Origin: Setoptus koraiensis
Taxonomy: Eukaryota; Animalia; Arthropoda
Assembly: GCA_048013815.1 (NCBI GenBank)
Contig: CM106585.1
Coordinates: forward strand, 20,646,001 to 20,710,000
Reading direction: 5' to 3'
DNA length: 64,000 nt
The notes under the pieces are model-generated. The model worked only from the letters and a program-made list of their open reading frames with translations. It had not been told where the DNA came from and made no database searches. Shown in pieces: positions 48,640 through 61,125 of the stretch. A program made the translations under genes and the position numbers. Each line of letters starts with the position of its first letter. Within the stretch, counting starts at the first letter, position 1.

Positions 48640-50337
48640 CTATCTCACAGGCCACAATGACTCGAGGAATGTCTTCCCATTTAAAATCTTCGTCGTGGCA
48701 ACTATAAATTCCCAATTGAAATCTTCTTGCTTAGATAGATATCTCAGAGCGGAAATTTCTGCAAACGTGCACCCTCCGACGAAGAAAACTAGTGCAGTCT
48801 CGTTTCGCCAGACAGTAGGCTGTTGAACTAGATTCTTGACCATGGTAATAGATATTGGGGCGTATCCGCCGTATACGTAAGAGAGATGGTCCGGATTGGA
48901 TTCGCTGACATCGTCTTTTATCAGATCTAGCTTGCTTTTCAGGTCACCATAACTGTTGGGATATGGATTATCATTGTGCAGCAAGAGAGAAGCCTTCTTT
49001 AGATCCTCCAATAACAAGAGAAAGTCATTGCCATAGTTTTGAATGATTTCCTTTTTATAATAGTCCAACACCTTTGGTTTAAGGCCGTTATTTGCAATCG
49101 ACTGTAGACATATGAGTCTAAGTATCGAGATTACCGACTCTTGTCTTAGTAACTTTGTTTCGATTTCAGGGATGACTTTGTATATTTTATCTTGTTGTAT
49201 TATGGTATGTTCGATTCTCAGGCCACAAATGAACTCTGGTCGAGAGATGTGTTCGTTAAGTAATTCTGCCATTGTCGTGTGATTGGATTGTGAATTTTTG
49301 GCTGCTTTGATATATGGCAACCTCTCAATCGTCTTCTTCAGTTCTAATGTTGTCTTCGTACCCTCTCTTTTGAGTTCGTCATGCTCAGCCTGTAGCTGAT
49401 GAGCTGAGGCACGTAAAGTTGTACCAACAGCGTTAATATGGCAATCTCTGAGTTGAGCAAACAATTCCTCAGATGATCTCAATTTAAGTTTGATAGTGGA
49501 CGGTTTATTAGTATCATTCTCTTCTTTATCCTTGTAGAATTTGGCGGCCGGCAATGAAATAGTTGCTTGCTCAATTCCGAAAACTTCATCGAGAAGTCCC
49601 TCATAGGTCAATTGGGTAAGAAGCATGGTAAAGAGATCTACTTTACGATCTATCACAATGAGATGTTGTATCTGAGGTGGTTGATCATTCTTGATCAAAG
49701 AATTTTTCTTTTTCATCAAGTCCGCAACCATTTTAGCAACTTTACCTTTGGCGGAAATTTTTGGTATAATACCGTAAATCTCTTGTAGATCTACAAGACT
49801 GTTGACTACGTTACGAACACAGGTGTAATCATCTTCTAGATGAATGTTGCGAAAAACCGATTCATTTTCCATTGATAGAATATCAGTATCTATCATGAAT
49901 AACTGTATGGGTAATTCATCAATGGCATTCAATTTGTCGAGATCCACCTTTAGTTGTTGCAGGTACCTCTCACAACTGATGCATTTTTGTGGTACAAATA
50001 CAAGACTAGTTTTGGGTAGCATGGATCGGTCTAATTTGAGTAAACTCTCTGCCAACATTGGCATCAAAGATAAATCTTTACGTATTAAATATATAACATG
50101 GTCAACTTTGTTTCCGATTGAGTTGATTGGACTCAGTTGATAGTTTTTCTTGACGAAATGTTTGCTCAATAAAGAATTGTCAGCTATGAGATCGAATGGT
50201 CGTATGAGGCTTTCGTCCCAGACAATAGCCTTTTCGTCGCCATCATATTTGTCTAAGAGGTCCAAGAATTTTCTTTGATAGACCTCCCTGACCAAGTTCA
50301 AATGTATTGAAGTTGTTGCACCGTTCGTTGTGTCCAT
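48640..50337 (-). CDS. VPS33A: Vacuolar protein sorting 33 (Sec1/Munc18 family), intronless, 565 aa
   Basis: FLDLLDKYDGDEKAIVWD, LIVIDRKVDLFTMLLTQLTYEGLLDEVFGI, LSYVYGGYAP, LVFFVGGCTFAEISALRYL are VPS33 motifs; A versus B paralog assignment is less certain. Confidence 0.9.
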   Translation of the reverse strand: MDTTNGATTSIHLNLVREVYQRKFLDLLDKYDGDEKAIVWDESLIRPFDLIADNSLLSKHFVKKNYQLSPINSIGNKVDHVIYLIRKDLSLMPMLAESLLKLDRSMLPKTSLVFVPQKCISCERYLQQLKVDLDKLNAIDELPIQLFMIDTDILSMENESVFRNIHLEDDYTCVRNVVNSLVDLQEIYGIIPKISAKGKVAKMVADLMKKKNSLIKNDQPPQIQHLIVIDRKVDLFTMLLTQLTYEGLLDEVFGIEQATISLPAAKFYKDKEENDTNKPSTIKLKLRSSEELFAQLRDCHINAVGTTLRASAHQLQAEHDELKREGTKTTLELKKTIERLPYIKAAKNSQSNHTTMAELLNEHISRPEFICGLRIEHTIIQQDKIYKVIPEIETKLLRQESVISILRLICLQSIANNGLKPKVLDYYKKEIIQNYGNDFLLLLEDLKKASLLLHNDNPYPNSYGDLKSKLDLIKDDVSESNPDHLSYVYGGYAPISITMVKNLVQQPTVWRNETALVFFVGGCTFAEISALRYLSKQEDFNWEFIVATTKILNGKTFLESLWPVR

Positions 50338-50940
50338 GGAGGGATGAATTCAATGAAAAATGGGGACCAGGTGTAATGGTACCAGGGACCAGGATATTGT
50401 ACAAATGAGCTTATTTCAACACGGAGACTTGAACATATCCGAAAAAGACTCAAGAGTTGGATCTCGCTGAAAAATCTGTCTTGCACAGGTGAGTTTTTGA
50501 GAAATTTTTTTTTCAATTCTAGATTCTTGAGGAGAATTCTGAAAAAGCCAGAAATAAATCAATGCAATCCTAATTGATTCCCAAAAATGATTAGTTTTTC
50601 GAGCCAGAAATCCCTGTTGGAGCTCAAATTTTAGTTGTTTTAGTTGTAAAACAACCAACCGCAACATCAAAATGACCTGGCTCAGCTGTTTTGTGCAGCG
50701 ATCTTAAAGGATGTCGATCAACATTTGCAATTTACCCCAGAAACAGCTGAGTGGGTCATGAAAAAGACAATCTGCTCGAGTTCTTTTGAAATAAACCAGA
50801 GGGTGCAGTCATTTTATTTTATCTACACTATTATTATATTGTTGTCTATTAGATGTAAAATTGATCAAGTAAGCTTATCCCTTGTTGGAATTAATTCAGA
50901 CTCGCACTCCATTGATACCAATAATAAACATACTTCAACA

Positions 50941-51654
50941 ATGGGCAAGAAGATGGGAATAAACACCAAAGCTGTCGAAGCTAGAGAGAGAAAGCAGGCT
51001 GTGAAGAATGCCAAAAGCGAGGCTTTACAAAAACAAAAAGAGGAACAATTTTGGAAAGACGACGACAAGCATGTCAATAGGAAGTTGGAAAGACAGAAAG
51101 AAAAAGAGAAGAAAGCGGCCGAGGAACGTTTGAGAAAACAAACCAACAAGTCCGCTTACGAAGAGGAGATGGCGGAACTAGCTAAGATTAGTGCTAAACC
51201 AACTAAAACCACTCTGCCTAAATCTACCATCGTCACCACAAATAAGACCCCAATACCTAAAGCTACTGTGGTTCAACCAGTGGCACCGAAAATTACTAGG
51301 TTCGAAATACAAACTAAGTTGGATGAAGAGCTGAGCAAAGAGCTTCGCGAGAAAGCCGACATAGAAACTATTTTGGATAAGCCGCTTGAACCAAACGTAA
51401 ATCATGAAGATGCAGGCGAAACTGCCACCACCATAGATGAGGCCTTGCAAGTCCTTAGTATATCAAGTGTTCCAACTGTGGATAAACATCCGGAAAAGCG
51501 TGTCAAGAATGCCTATTTAACTTATGAGAGTGTTCATTTGCCTAAACTCAAGAGCCAAAATCCTAATATGAGATTGTCACAATTGAAGCAAATACTGAAA
51601 AAACAATGGCAAAAGGCCCCCGAAAATCCATTCAATCAAGTGTTGAGACCTTAG
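50941..51654 (+). CDS. CCDC124: Coiled-coil domain-containing protein 124 (Lso2 homolog), intronless, ~237 aa
   Basis: MGKKMGINTKAVEARERK, FWKDDDK, LEPNVN, A-x-TIDEAL-x-VL, DKHPEKRVKNAY...ENPFNQ. The track's upstream TTG start is not used. Confidence 0.92.
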   Translation: MGKKMGINTKAVEARERKQAVKNAKSEALQKQKEEQFWKDDDKHVNRKLERQKEKEKKAAEERLRKQTNKSAYEEEMAELAKISAKPTKTTLPKSTIVTTNKTPIPKATVVQPVAPKITRFEIQTKLDEELSKELREKADIETILDKPLEPNVNHEDAGETATTIDEALQVLSISSVPTVDKHPEKRVKNAYLTYESVHLPKLKSQNPNMRLSQLKQILKKQWQKAPENPFNQVLRP

Positions 51655-53850
51655 AGAAAATCATAGACACACAAGGAAAACAGAAAGTGATTGGCATTCT
51701 ATCATAACAAATTGCGACAAGGCACCAAGTCAGTGTCTTATAATTTATTCCACCATGCTGCATTTATTGCTGCATAGAAGCTTTATTGGGCTATCTGCTA
51801 TTTGGTGAATCAATTTGTGAAACGTAACACGAAAAACAACAACTAATTTCAACACTTATCAACCATAACAATAACAACAAAAGTAATAGAGACAAATTAC
51901 AAATAGTAGTTTTATTAACGGTTATGATATGTATCCAAATATTTCCAGATTGGTGCTGATCATATTATATCATCATTCGGTTTGCGTGTGTGTTTGCGTG
52001 TGTATGATATCACTTTCTTGATCATTATTGAAACTAGCTGATTTCAACTCGGATTGGATTAGGTCGTTGGGATCAGGGCGCAAAGAATGAAACAGTATCG
52101 CAACCATAATTAGACTGAGGATTGATCGGTCGGACCTCGAGGAGGGTGAGTCTGCTGCTGTTAGTGCTCCTATTACATTCGTCGTGTTCAATTGTTTTGC
52201 CATCATCACGTCACCATCATCGAACGATACGAATATTTTGTTGAGCCATCGCCACTACCAGTCTGATCACCACAACAGCTTACACCAACAACGGCTCTTT
52301 TGATTTATCAGACTTTCATAGAAACTACGCACATTACATGTCTACATTGATCAATTAATTTGTGCTAGGTCATTATTCTACTATTTCGGATATTAGGAAT
52401 ACACTTATGTGACAACATCACAGCACTATGACTCTCTGACTGCATGGAATGATGTTGATTTGTACACGATATTGATGAGGTAATAGCTGCAGTAACTCAT
52501 ACTAGACATACAAATTTATCTATATCTTTACATATATATGACGCTATCTGTCGCTCTCCCCTATGTATATTAATATATGATTATGATAATAATGAATTGT
52601 GATAGATTACATTATGTTGTTGTAGTGTTGGTGGTAGTATCCGCTAACGCGACTATAGCCATTAACGTGGGTAACCTACAATTGCAAGTTACAATATCAA
52701 TATCAAGGTCGTGATCTTCATGGAAATAATGCCGGCTTCTTACCTGAAGTGCCAAACCGGCCGGGTCGAGTCTCTTGCGACTGTTCTAGGAATAGACTCA
52801 CACAAAAGGAGCATCGAGATGACACATTGGGGCAATTGTTTGTTTATTGGATCTAGTCAAGCCAGATGAGAGAGAGAGAAGAAAAGGGGGCGAAAGCAAA
52901 CAACTAAAGTCGACCTAGTCATCTGAGCCCATGATAGTTGGCCAATCAGCTAATTGGAAAGATATTGTTGCTTCAGAACAAATGATGAACTCAAAAAGTT
53001 TAGCCTACATGTTTCAGTAAAGTTTATATTTCTCATATTAGCTGATGGGTGTGCTTAGAAAAGCGAACCATTTCATTACAACTATTACTATCACCACCAG
53101 CACCACCACTTATACGGTGATTTTAGAATTACCCTTTAGAATGAATTGAATAAACTGTAACATCATGCTCTCTTGTCAAACCAACAACAACAATATGAAT
53201 GTCTGGTGGGAGAAGTGTGTTTATTTTTTGTTATAGATTTTATTTATATATATACCTATAGAATGATATTGTGTGTGTACATGTAGACAGTGAAAGTGTA
53301 GAAACAACTACTGTTAATCAAACTCAACAATTATATCCATCGTAAATTGCATATGTATTTATTCCATTGCATCCTTGAATGTGATCAATACTATTACTAT
53401 TTCGCGACTAATACAGTGTTGTTATTATAGTTGTTGATACTGTTGTTGTTGTCATTTTTGCTGCTGTTTTTAACTGATTCATTACCAATAATTATAACTC
53501 TCTAGAACATTTACACGATTTTTTGTCGCAATGTCACAAGGAAATTGTCAAAAATGGCTAACGGTATTAGAGGCCACAATACCAAGTAGCAGATGATCAA
53601 GATCGCCAATTACCTAACTTTTTAGTGTGCGTGTGTGTTTGTGATCGGCATCAGGGTCACTACACCACCTATGAACATATCCTATCATATTAGCAACTAA
53701 TTAGCAACTACAACCAACTGAAAGCAGCCCACATACATACACCAAGTGCAACACTAGTGATACAAGCTACAAACCGGAAGTGTAGCCGGAAAAAGTCATC
53801 TATAAGCAGCAAGACAGTGAACAAGAGAAGCAGCAGCAACAGCTTAAAAG

Positions 53851-55833
53851 ATGGCAGCAGTGAAGAAATCGTCATCGCCGAAGAAAAAGAAACGCTCCAG
53901 ACTGAATAATAGCATAAAAAGGTTTAGGTCACGTCTATCATCATCAGTGAGAACATTTAAGCGACACAATCAAGAATGGCAACATGACAGTGCCGAATAT
54001 GCTGAATTGGCAAACAAAATTGGCTATATAGATTTGTTTAAATATGCATTGTGGCGAGAAAAAGTGGCACTATTATCCGGCTTCCTATTTATGTGGTATG
54101 CGGCATCATGGCAACCAATATCAGTATTTATTTTAGCTATTATGGCAACATTAATGGGTCATTTTCACAAGCAAACACAATTATTAGATCAGTTAGATGG
54201 ATTGCCAACTAATAACCATAATAATCATGAAATAAACGCAACAACAACAACATTGATAACAACGTCAAGTATCAATGGCACAAACAACAACAATAACAAC
54301 AATGATAACTATAACGATTACGACTACGACGACGATGATCAAAACCAAAATGATACACTTATAATGAGGGCGCTAAAGGCAACATTTCGAACGTTGTTAT
54401 GTCCAGAGCGGCACAATGCCGAGATGCTATATAATCATCATTGCTCATCAGACAGTGGTCATTTGGTTGACGGTAATAGCGCCAATGAACTAATGCTGGC
54501 GACAGCCACCCAAACAGTCGGATCGATACCGATCAATCACACGGCAAGTAATCAGCATAGTTATTTGTTGAAACAATTCACCCATATGGCAACACCCACG
54601 CCGGCACCCACACGGACAATAGCAACAAATCACACTGTCATACACGCGGACAATGCCGACTCGCTGGAAATTTACAATACGTTTCCGTTGCTGGCCCCAG
54701 TGTCCGCCTTTCTGACGCCAATGTTCGACAGTAAGCCTCCCAAGGAAATTAGAGATGCCGTTGAGGATGTTGTGACACACGAATCGGAATTATTTTTGCG
54801 TAGAAGTTTTGAAATTAACGGCGCCGCCTTCCTATTGGCACTAACACAATTGTCAGCCTTTTGTATAGGCCTAAAACTAATAACATGGTCAGCCAAAAAA
54901 CAGGCCTCACGAATCAAATTGCTATACTTCCGGTCGTGTTTGCATCAGGAGGTCACCTGGTTTGAGTCGATAGACAGCGCTTCTGGTTCGGCGTCGTCTC
55001 TCAATGCGCTGGTGGACAAATTTGAGGACGGCATAGGCACAAAGTTGGCCCTGTTATCATATTTTTTAGGTCACGTTGCCCTGTTTGCGCTGACGGCCTT
55101 CTATCAAATGTTCAGTCTGTCACTGTTTTGTATGTCGTTTGTTTTGGCCATTGGACTATTGATAATGTTTGTGTCCGAGATACAAGCGACAGCAATGGGC
55201 CAGCAGGCATTGTTTACGAAGCGTTCGTTGCAACTGGCCGAAGAGATATTGTCCGCCATTAGAACGGTATTCGCCTTCAATGGCCAACACAAGGAATTGC
55301 AACGTTTCGACACGAGCCTCAAGCCCGCTTACAACAAGTCACTGATGAAACATTTGTTTACGGCCCTAGATACGGCCCTGTCGAAATTTTCAATATTTGC
55401 CTGTTTTGGTGCCTATTGTTTCTATGCCATGCACCTATTTCCGCCCTACAGCGACATAGCTCTCAATAAGTCGACCGTGTTGGCGGTTATGCGCGGCGCC
55501 GAGGTGTCAATTGTCAACATACTCATATCTATACCATTTATGGAGGCCCTACAACAGGCCAAGGGATCGATTGCTCGCATTTATGCTGCCATAGAGCGCC
55601 GCTCCAAAATAGATCCGTCGTCGACGGCGGGCAGCAAGCCAGGCGACGACTTTTTGCCCTCGATTAGATTTCACCAGGTGAGCTTTGAATATTTGGAGCG
55701 GTCGCCCACGCGTCGCCGGTCCACGTTGCCGTTTTTGAATTTGCCCCGGACCATAATTCCAATGAGCGAAATAAACGCCTTAGACCAGCAACAGCAGCAA
55801 CACGATCAACAGCAAGCCAACAACAACGACAAT

Positions 55834-55879
<46 letters not shown>

Positions 55880-58800
55880 GTAACAGTAACAACAACAGCA
55901 ACAACAACAGCAACAACAACGGCAACAACAACAGCAGCAACAACAACAGAAGCCAGTCGATTTCGGGCGGCCCCCTGGTGGCGGGCAGGAAGCGAGTGTC
56001 GGTGCTGAAGCGCGGCTCGAAATTTGGCGGCGCAGCCAACGGGCAGACGAACGGCGCGCAACCGATTCATTCGAGTCTCATATTAAACAATTTTTCGCTT
56101 CAAATAGAGCCAGGCAAAAGTGTCGCCCTGGTGGGCACCTCGGGTTCGGGCAAGTCGACAATATTGTCGCTGGTGCAGCGATTGTACGACATTCGCAGTG
56201 GGGCGATTTTTATCGGACAAAGCAACATTGTAGAGCTGAACGTGGGCTGGTTGCGCAGCCAAATTGGTGTGGTCAATCAAGAGCCTCGCCTGTTTGACAT
56301 GACCATCGAGGAGAACATCCGGTTGGGCGTGGTGTTGCCGTTGTCGCAGTTGCAGTTGAGCCAGGACACCACTGCCAATGCGGACGCGGCAACGGGTACC
56401 ACGGATATAAACAAGCTTGCTGACAATGGTGACACAATGTCGGCGGTGAGCGCCGAACAGGTTGTAGAGGCGGCCAGGTGCGCCAATGCGCACGACTTCA
56501 TACAGCGACTACCTCAGGGGTACCAGACGAAGGTGGGCACGGGCGGCGTTCAATTGTCGGGCGGCCAGAAGCAACGCATTGCCATCGCCAGGGCACTCAT
56601 ACGCAAGCCAAAGATATTGCTGCTGGACGAGTCCACTTCCGCTTTGGATAGCGAGTCCGAGGTGATAGTTCAGGAGGCGCTGGAGCAGGCCAGCAAGGGC
56701 AGAACGACGCTCATTGTGGCGCACAGATTGAGCACGGTGAAAAACGTGGACAAGATCGTTGTTATGGACAGGGGCCGAGTGATAGAGATGGGCAAGCACG
56801 ATGAATTGATGCTAATTAGCGACGGCATATACAGGCGCATGTACGAGCAGCAGCGCAACGAGGCCACCAAGAATCAGGGCAAGCTCGCCCGCACCGCCAA
56901 CCGCAACGAACCGAAACCGCCCATGGGGGCCGCGCTGAGGCTCGCCGGCGCGCCCGACAAGGTGCCGACAGCGCCGACTACACCGACGCCGACTACACCG
57001 ACACCGACAACGACGCCGACGACACCGACAACGACACCGACAACGACACCGACGACGCCAACAAGTGGAGCGGGTGATAAGGAAAACGAACAGCAACAGG
57101 ATACATGCGGCTGCAACGAGGCCAGCGAACAGGCGACGAGCTGTTGTTGCTGCTGTTGCGACACACCAGACAATCACGGCAATTTGCGACAACAACAACA
57201 GCACTGTTGTCAAGCCGGCGGGTGCTGTCACGCCGACTGTCACGCCGACTGTCACCCCGACTGCCACGGTCACGCCGACTGTCACGCTCCGCACGACAGT
57301 GATGACGACAGCGACGACCAAGAGGACGACGAGGAGGACGACGAAGAGGACGACGAAGACGACGAAGAGGACGACGAAGAGGACGACGAAGAGGACGACG
57401 ATCGCAGGCTCACCAAGCACGACCGGAAGCCGCTGTCGTTCATCGGGCTGCTCAGATTCATACAGGTGCCCAAGATAAGCGGCGTGTGTGCCTTGGTGGC
57501 CTGTTTCTTGGCGGGCCTCATACTGCCCATGAATCTGATAGCGCACAGTTATTTGTTTTCGGCGTTTGCCTACAGCGAATTGGATCAAATAGGCGAGCAT
57601 TTGTATTTGTTTGGCGTGGCCATTTTGTCAATGAGTAGCTTTGTGCTAATTATAAGCTTCTTACAGGTGACGTTGCCCGGTTACGTGGGCGAAAAGATAA
57701 GCACACGATTGCGTTTGACAACAATGAAATCACTGTTAGAGAAGCCAGTTTTTTACTACGACATGGACTCTAACAGCGCCGGAACATTATGCTCAAAATT
57801 TAACGCTTACATAACGGACGTGCAGAGCATTGCGGGCACGCGCGTAGCCACCATACTAGAGGCCGTGTCCACTTTGATGGCGGGCGCCATCTTTGGTTTT
57901 GGTCAGAATTTAAAATTGTCAATGTTTTGTTTGTCGTTTGCGCTGATAGTTCTAGTGACCACCATCATAGAGTCGCGCATATTTCAGCGCGAGGTGGCGC
58001 TCCAGCAGAAATACGATGCCCAACTGGCGCACCTAATGGCCGACGCCCTATCCAACATCAAGACCATAGCCAGCCTGCACCAGGAGCACTATTTCGCGCT
58101 CAAGTTCAAGCGGATAATCCGCGCGCGGGAGCACGGGTGAGTGTTGCCATTTCGTATCTTTGTTTGGTCTCGTCGTCTCGTCGACTCGCAAACTTGCAAT
58201 CTTGCAATCGCGACTCGCAAAGTTCCAATTGCGACTCGCAAAGTTCCAATTGCGACTCGCAAAGTTGCAATTGCGACTCGGCAAAGTTCCAAAGTTCCAA
58301 TTCGCGACACTCGAGAGCCTTGTTGCCATCGGTGGCGCGGCCGGCGCTGATTTATCAGAGGTGAGCGCCTCTGCGGGAGACGGTGTCATTGTCGGCGATT
58401 ATCTCGCCGATCGACACCGACTCAACAAGTGTCGTCGCCGCTGTCACTGTGCCCTATATCGTTGACATGGACCAATAATATCGATATGCGACCATGTGTG
58501 GCAAGGTGGCACCACGAGCCCGGCGAGTGATGGGGAAGTGCCCGCCAGCGACAAGTGCACAACAGCCACGATATCGATACCGATTTCTATATTCGATATA
58601 GTATCAACCTGATTGTCATCGCCTGCCAGTTAAGGCCACACTGTGCCAGATCTCGCCTGTTCGGTGCCGAGCTAAATTGGCCAAGATCACGAGCAGCGAC
58701 TTGTTTACCACCTTGCGCAGGCTTGTCGTCGGTGTCGTCGGTGTCGTCGGTGTCGTCGTTGTTGTCGTTGTTGTTGTTATCGTCGTTGTTGTTGTTGTTG

Positions 58801-61125
58801 TTGTTGTTTACCGACAGCCACTTTTCCATTGCGCTGTGCCTGTTCTATTTGCCTGCAATTTTGGCAAGCTTTCCAAAATGTTCTGTCATTGTTGGCGGCC
58901 CACAACTGTCATCAGCAGCAGCAGCAGGCGATAAACAACTGTGAGTCACCCAACTGTCTGTCAGGTTCAACGCCAGATACGACAGCGCCAGATAGGACAG
59001 CGCCAGATAGGACAGTGCCAGATAAAGCGACATATAGCCACTAGTGGCCGACTAGTCTTCTTTTGCTTGCTAAGATCGCGTACACGCCGATTCAATAAAA
59101 TCTTGCAAACAATGCACCCGCAATGCACAAATTTGTGAGTTGTGTCTTGCCGGTGTGACGCCGCCGACCATCATCGGCGTGAGATCATCGCTGCCATCTA
59201 TTCTCCAATCTGACGATGATGATGATAATAATCTAACGATGAATGGCGATGATTAGATATTTGCTGCTGTCATTCAGCCAGCTAGTGTGGATTCATGTAT
59301 GTGTGAGATTGCCGAGCAGTCTTGCCATTGACAGGCTGACAAACTGACAAACTGACGAACCGACAAACTGACATCCGACGCTAATTATCAGACGCTAATC
59401 AGACGCTAATCAGCGGCTAATCAGCGGCTAATCTAATTCATAGACGCACAGTCCAATTTATTAATTTATTAATTGTTGCCACTCTGACATTTACAATTTG
59501 TAATAATTTGTGAGCCAATTGTGACATATCGGCGATCGCATCAGTGTTGTTGACTCACAATGGGCGCAGTCTCACGAGTGCCAATGTCGACAGTCGACTC
59601 GACAGTGAATGCCATTCAACGTGTCGCTAGTCCAACATCGTCCAATACAATCATTCACAATATTATATATCAATATTATATCGCGCTATTTGCAAATAAC
59701 AATCAACAAATAAGCGCTGCCGGATGTGAGACGCTCCCCGATACATATCATCCCCGAGATATCATGCCAGTACGCTTTATATCACGTATTTGTATATATG
59801 CCCCATGACACATTGATCTGTCACGGGAACCGCAACGCAAACTCTACATGCAAACAATGCAACGACCATGACAAACACCACTATTTGCTATACGCTCCTC
59901 CATGGTGCTATATGATGCTATATCTATGGCACATGCATCCCCGAGGCAGACCCCGCCATCAATTGGTGTGATCATTATTTGTGTGTGATTAGTGGCAGCG
60001 ATTATTTATTTATTTATTATTATTATTTGCAAATAGCGATCATGCGAGCGATTACAACAATTTGCGACCAGATAGTAAAATGCAATTGTCTCATTGTTGT
60101 CTATCTGCGATCATCAACGATGATCGACATCAGACGCATGAGGCGCTCCTCAATTAGGCTCGCCAGATAAACAAAGGGCACCTTTCATCATTGGCGCTCG
60201 GAGATTCTCGATTGTTGTCTGCGTCTGTGTCTAAGCTCGGTCTAGGCAATATCAAACTGATTATCATGATCATCATATCAAATGCTCTCATTGCTGCAAC
60301 CAATTGCTGCTTAATTACTAGTTGTAGTAGTAGTTAACAATTGATCAACTTATCAAAACTGTCAACAGATATGTTAGTCTAAATGGTTGGTTAGTTAGTC
60401 TGTGAGCTTGACGGATTTGCTATATTTGCCATTAATTCTAACACTTCCAATTAGTGATCTCTCTCCCTCTGTGTGTATGTGATTGTTTTGCTCAATGTGC
60501 AACCACAAGTGTATGCAGCAACGATTGCCAATCAAAAATTATAAACATCGATTATTGATATTAGTAAATATTGTTGTTGTTTGTTTTCATCCGTCTTTTT
60601 ATTTGATATTATTATTAATTATTTTTATTTATTTATTTATTATCTGCTCCACACAACACCACAAATGAGCTTATGCATACTCTATACTACATGTTGTATA
60701 AGCATACACGGGTCACGTGAACTAGTCGCCCTCTTATACCAGTACTAGATTGTAAACAACAATTATGATGATTGTGATTCGCTGATTAATTTATTTATCA
60801 CTATTAACCAATTGACGACAATTGTCGCCTATTGGAACAAGTGATGTTCGATGTTTTCACTGATTAATAATCTTTTTACTCTCATATTCACTACTTTTGT
60901 CGCCAACACCACCCATTATCTATCTTATCATCTAACTAAACCAACACTAATCATGATAATCATCATCGTAATTTTAATAATTAGGATTGGATCGTGGAGG
61001 GCCTGGTTGAGGACATTTCTAACAAGTCTCAAATTTGTGATGCCAGCCATGTCCTGGTCTGCCAGCATGTACTATGGGTGCCATTTATTAGTTAACAAAC
61101 AAATTGATTTGCAAACCATATTCAT
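53851..61125 (+). CDS. ABCB (MDR/P-glycoprotein) full transporter, 3'-incomplete; exons 53851-58136 + 60985-61125, remainder (TM12, NBD2) not found in window
   Basis: TMD1, NBD1 with Walker A GTSGSGKS, Q-loop NQEP, signature LSGGQ, Walker B ILLLDE, SALD, AHR, then TMD2. Donor gg|gtgagt (58137) and acceptor aattag (60984) are both phase 2 and give REHG-IGSWRAWL...SMYYGCHLLV (TM11-like), followed by donor at|gtaagt. Confidence 0.88.
58205..58305. repeat. 21-mer tandem repeat GCGACTCGCAAAGTTCCAATT in ABCB intron
   Basis: About four degenerate direct units. Confidence 0.85.
58970..59030. repeat. 15-mer tandem repeat GACAGCGCCAGATAG in ABCB intron
   Basis: Three to four direct units. Confidence 0.8.

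Noticed and set aside
50725-50940. N-terminal extension of CCDC124 in the ORF track
   Set aside because: TTG start; family homology begins at ATG 50941, and the upstream region contains splice signals of a probable 5' UTR intron.
51973-52209. 78 aa minus-strand ORF with nearby splice-like sites
   Set aside because: No recognisable homology and no consistent multi-exon model.
52846-52921. 12-nt match to the 5' end of miR-279 (TGACTAGATCCA, minus strand) and two CTAGTCA seed-complement sites
   Set aside because: No complementary arm to form a precursor hairpin, the 3' half does not match, and no known 3' UTR can be placed here; compatible with chance.
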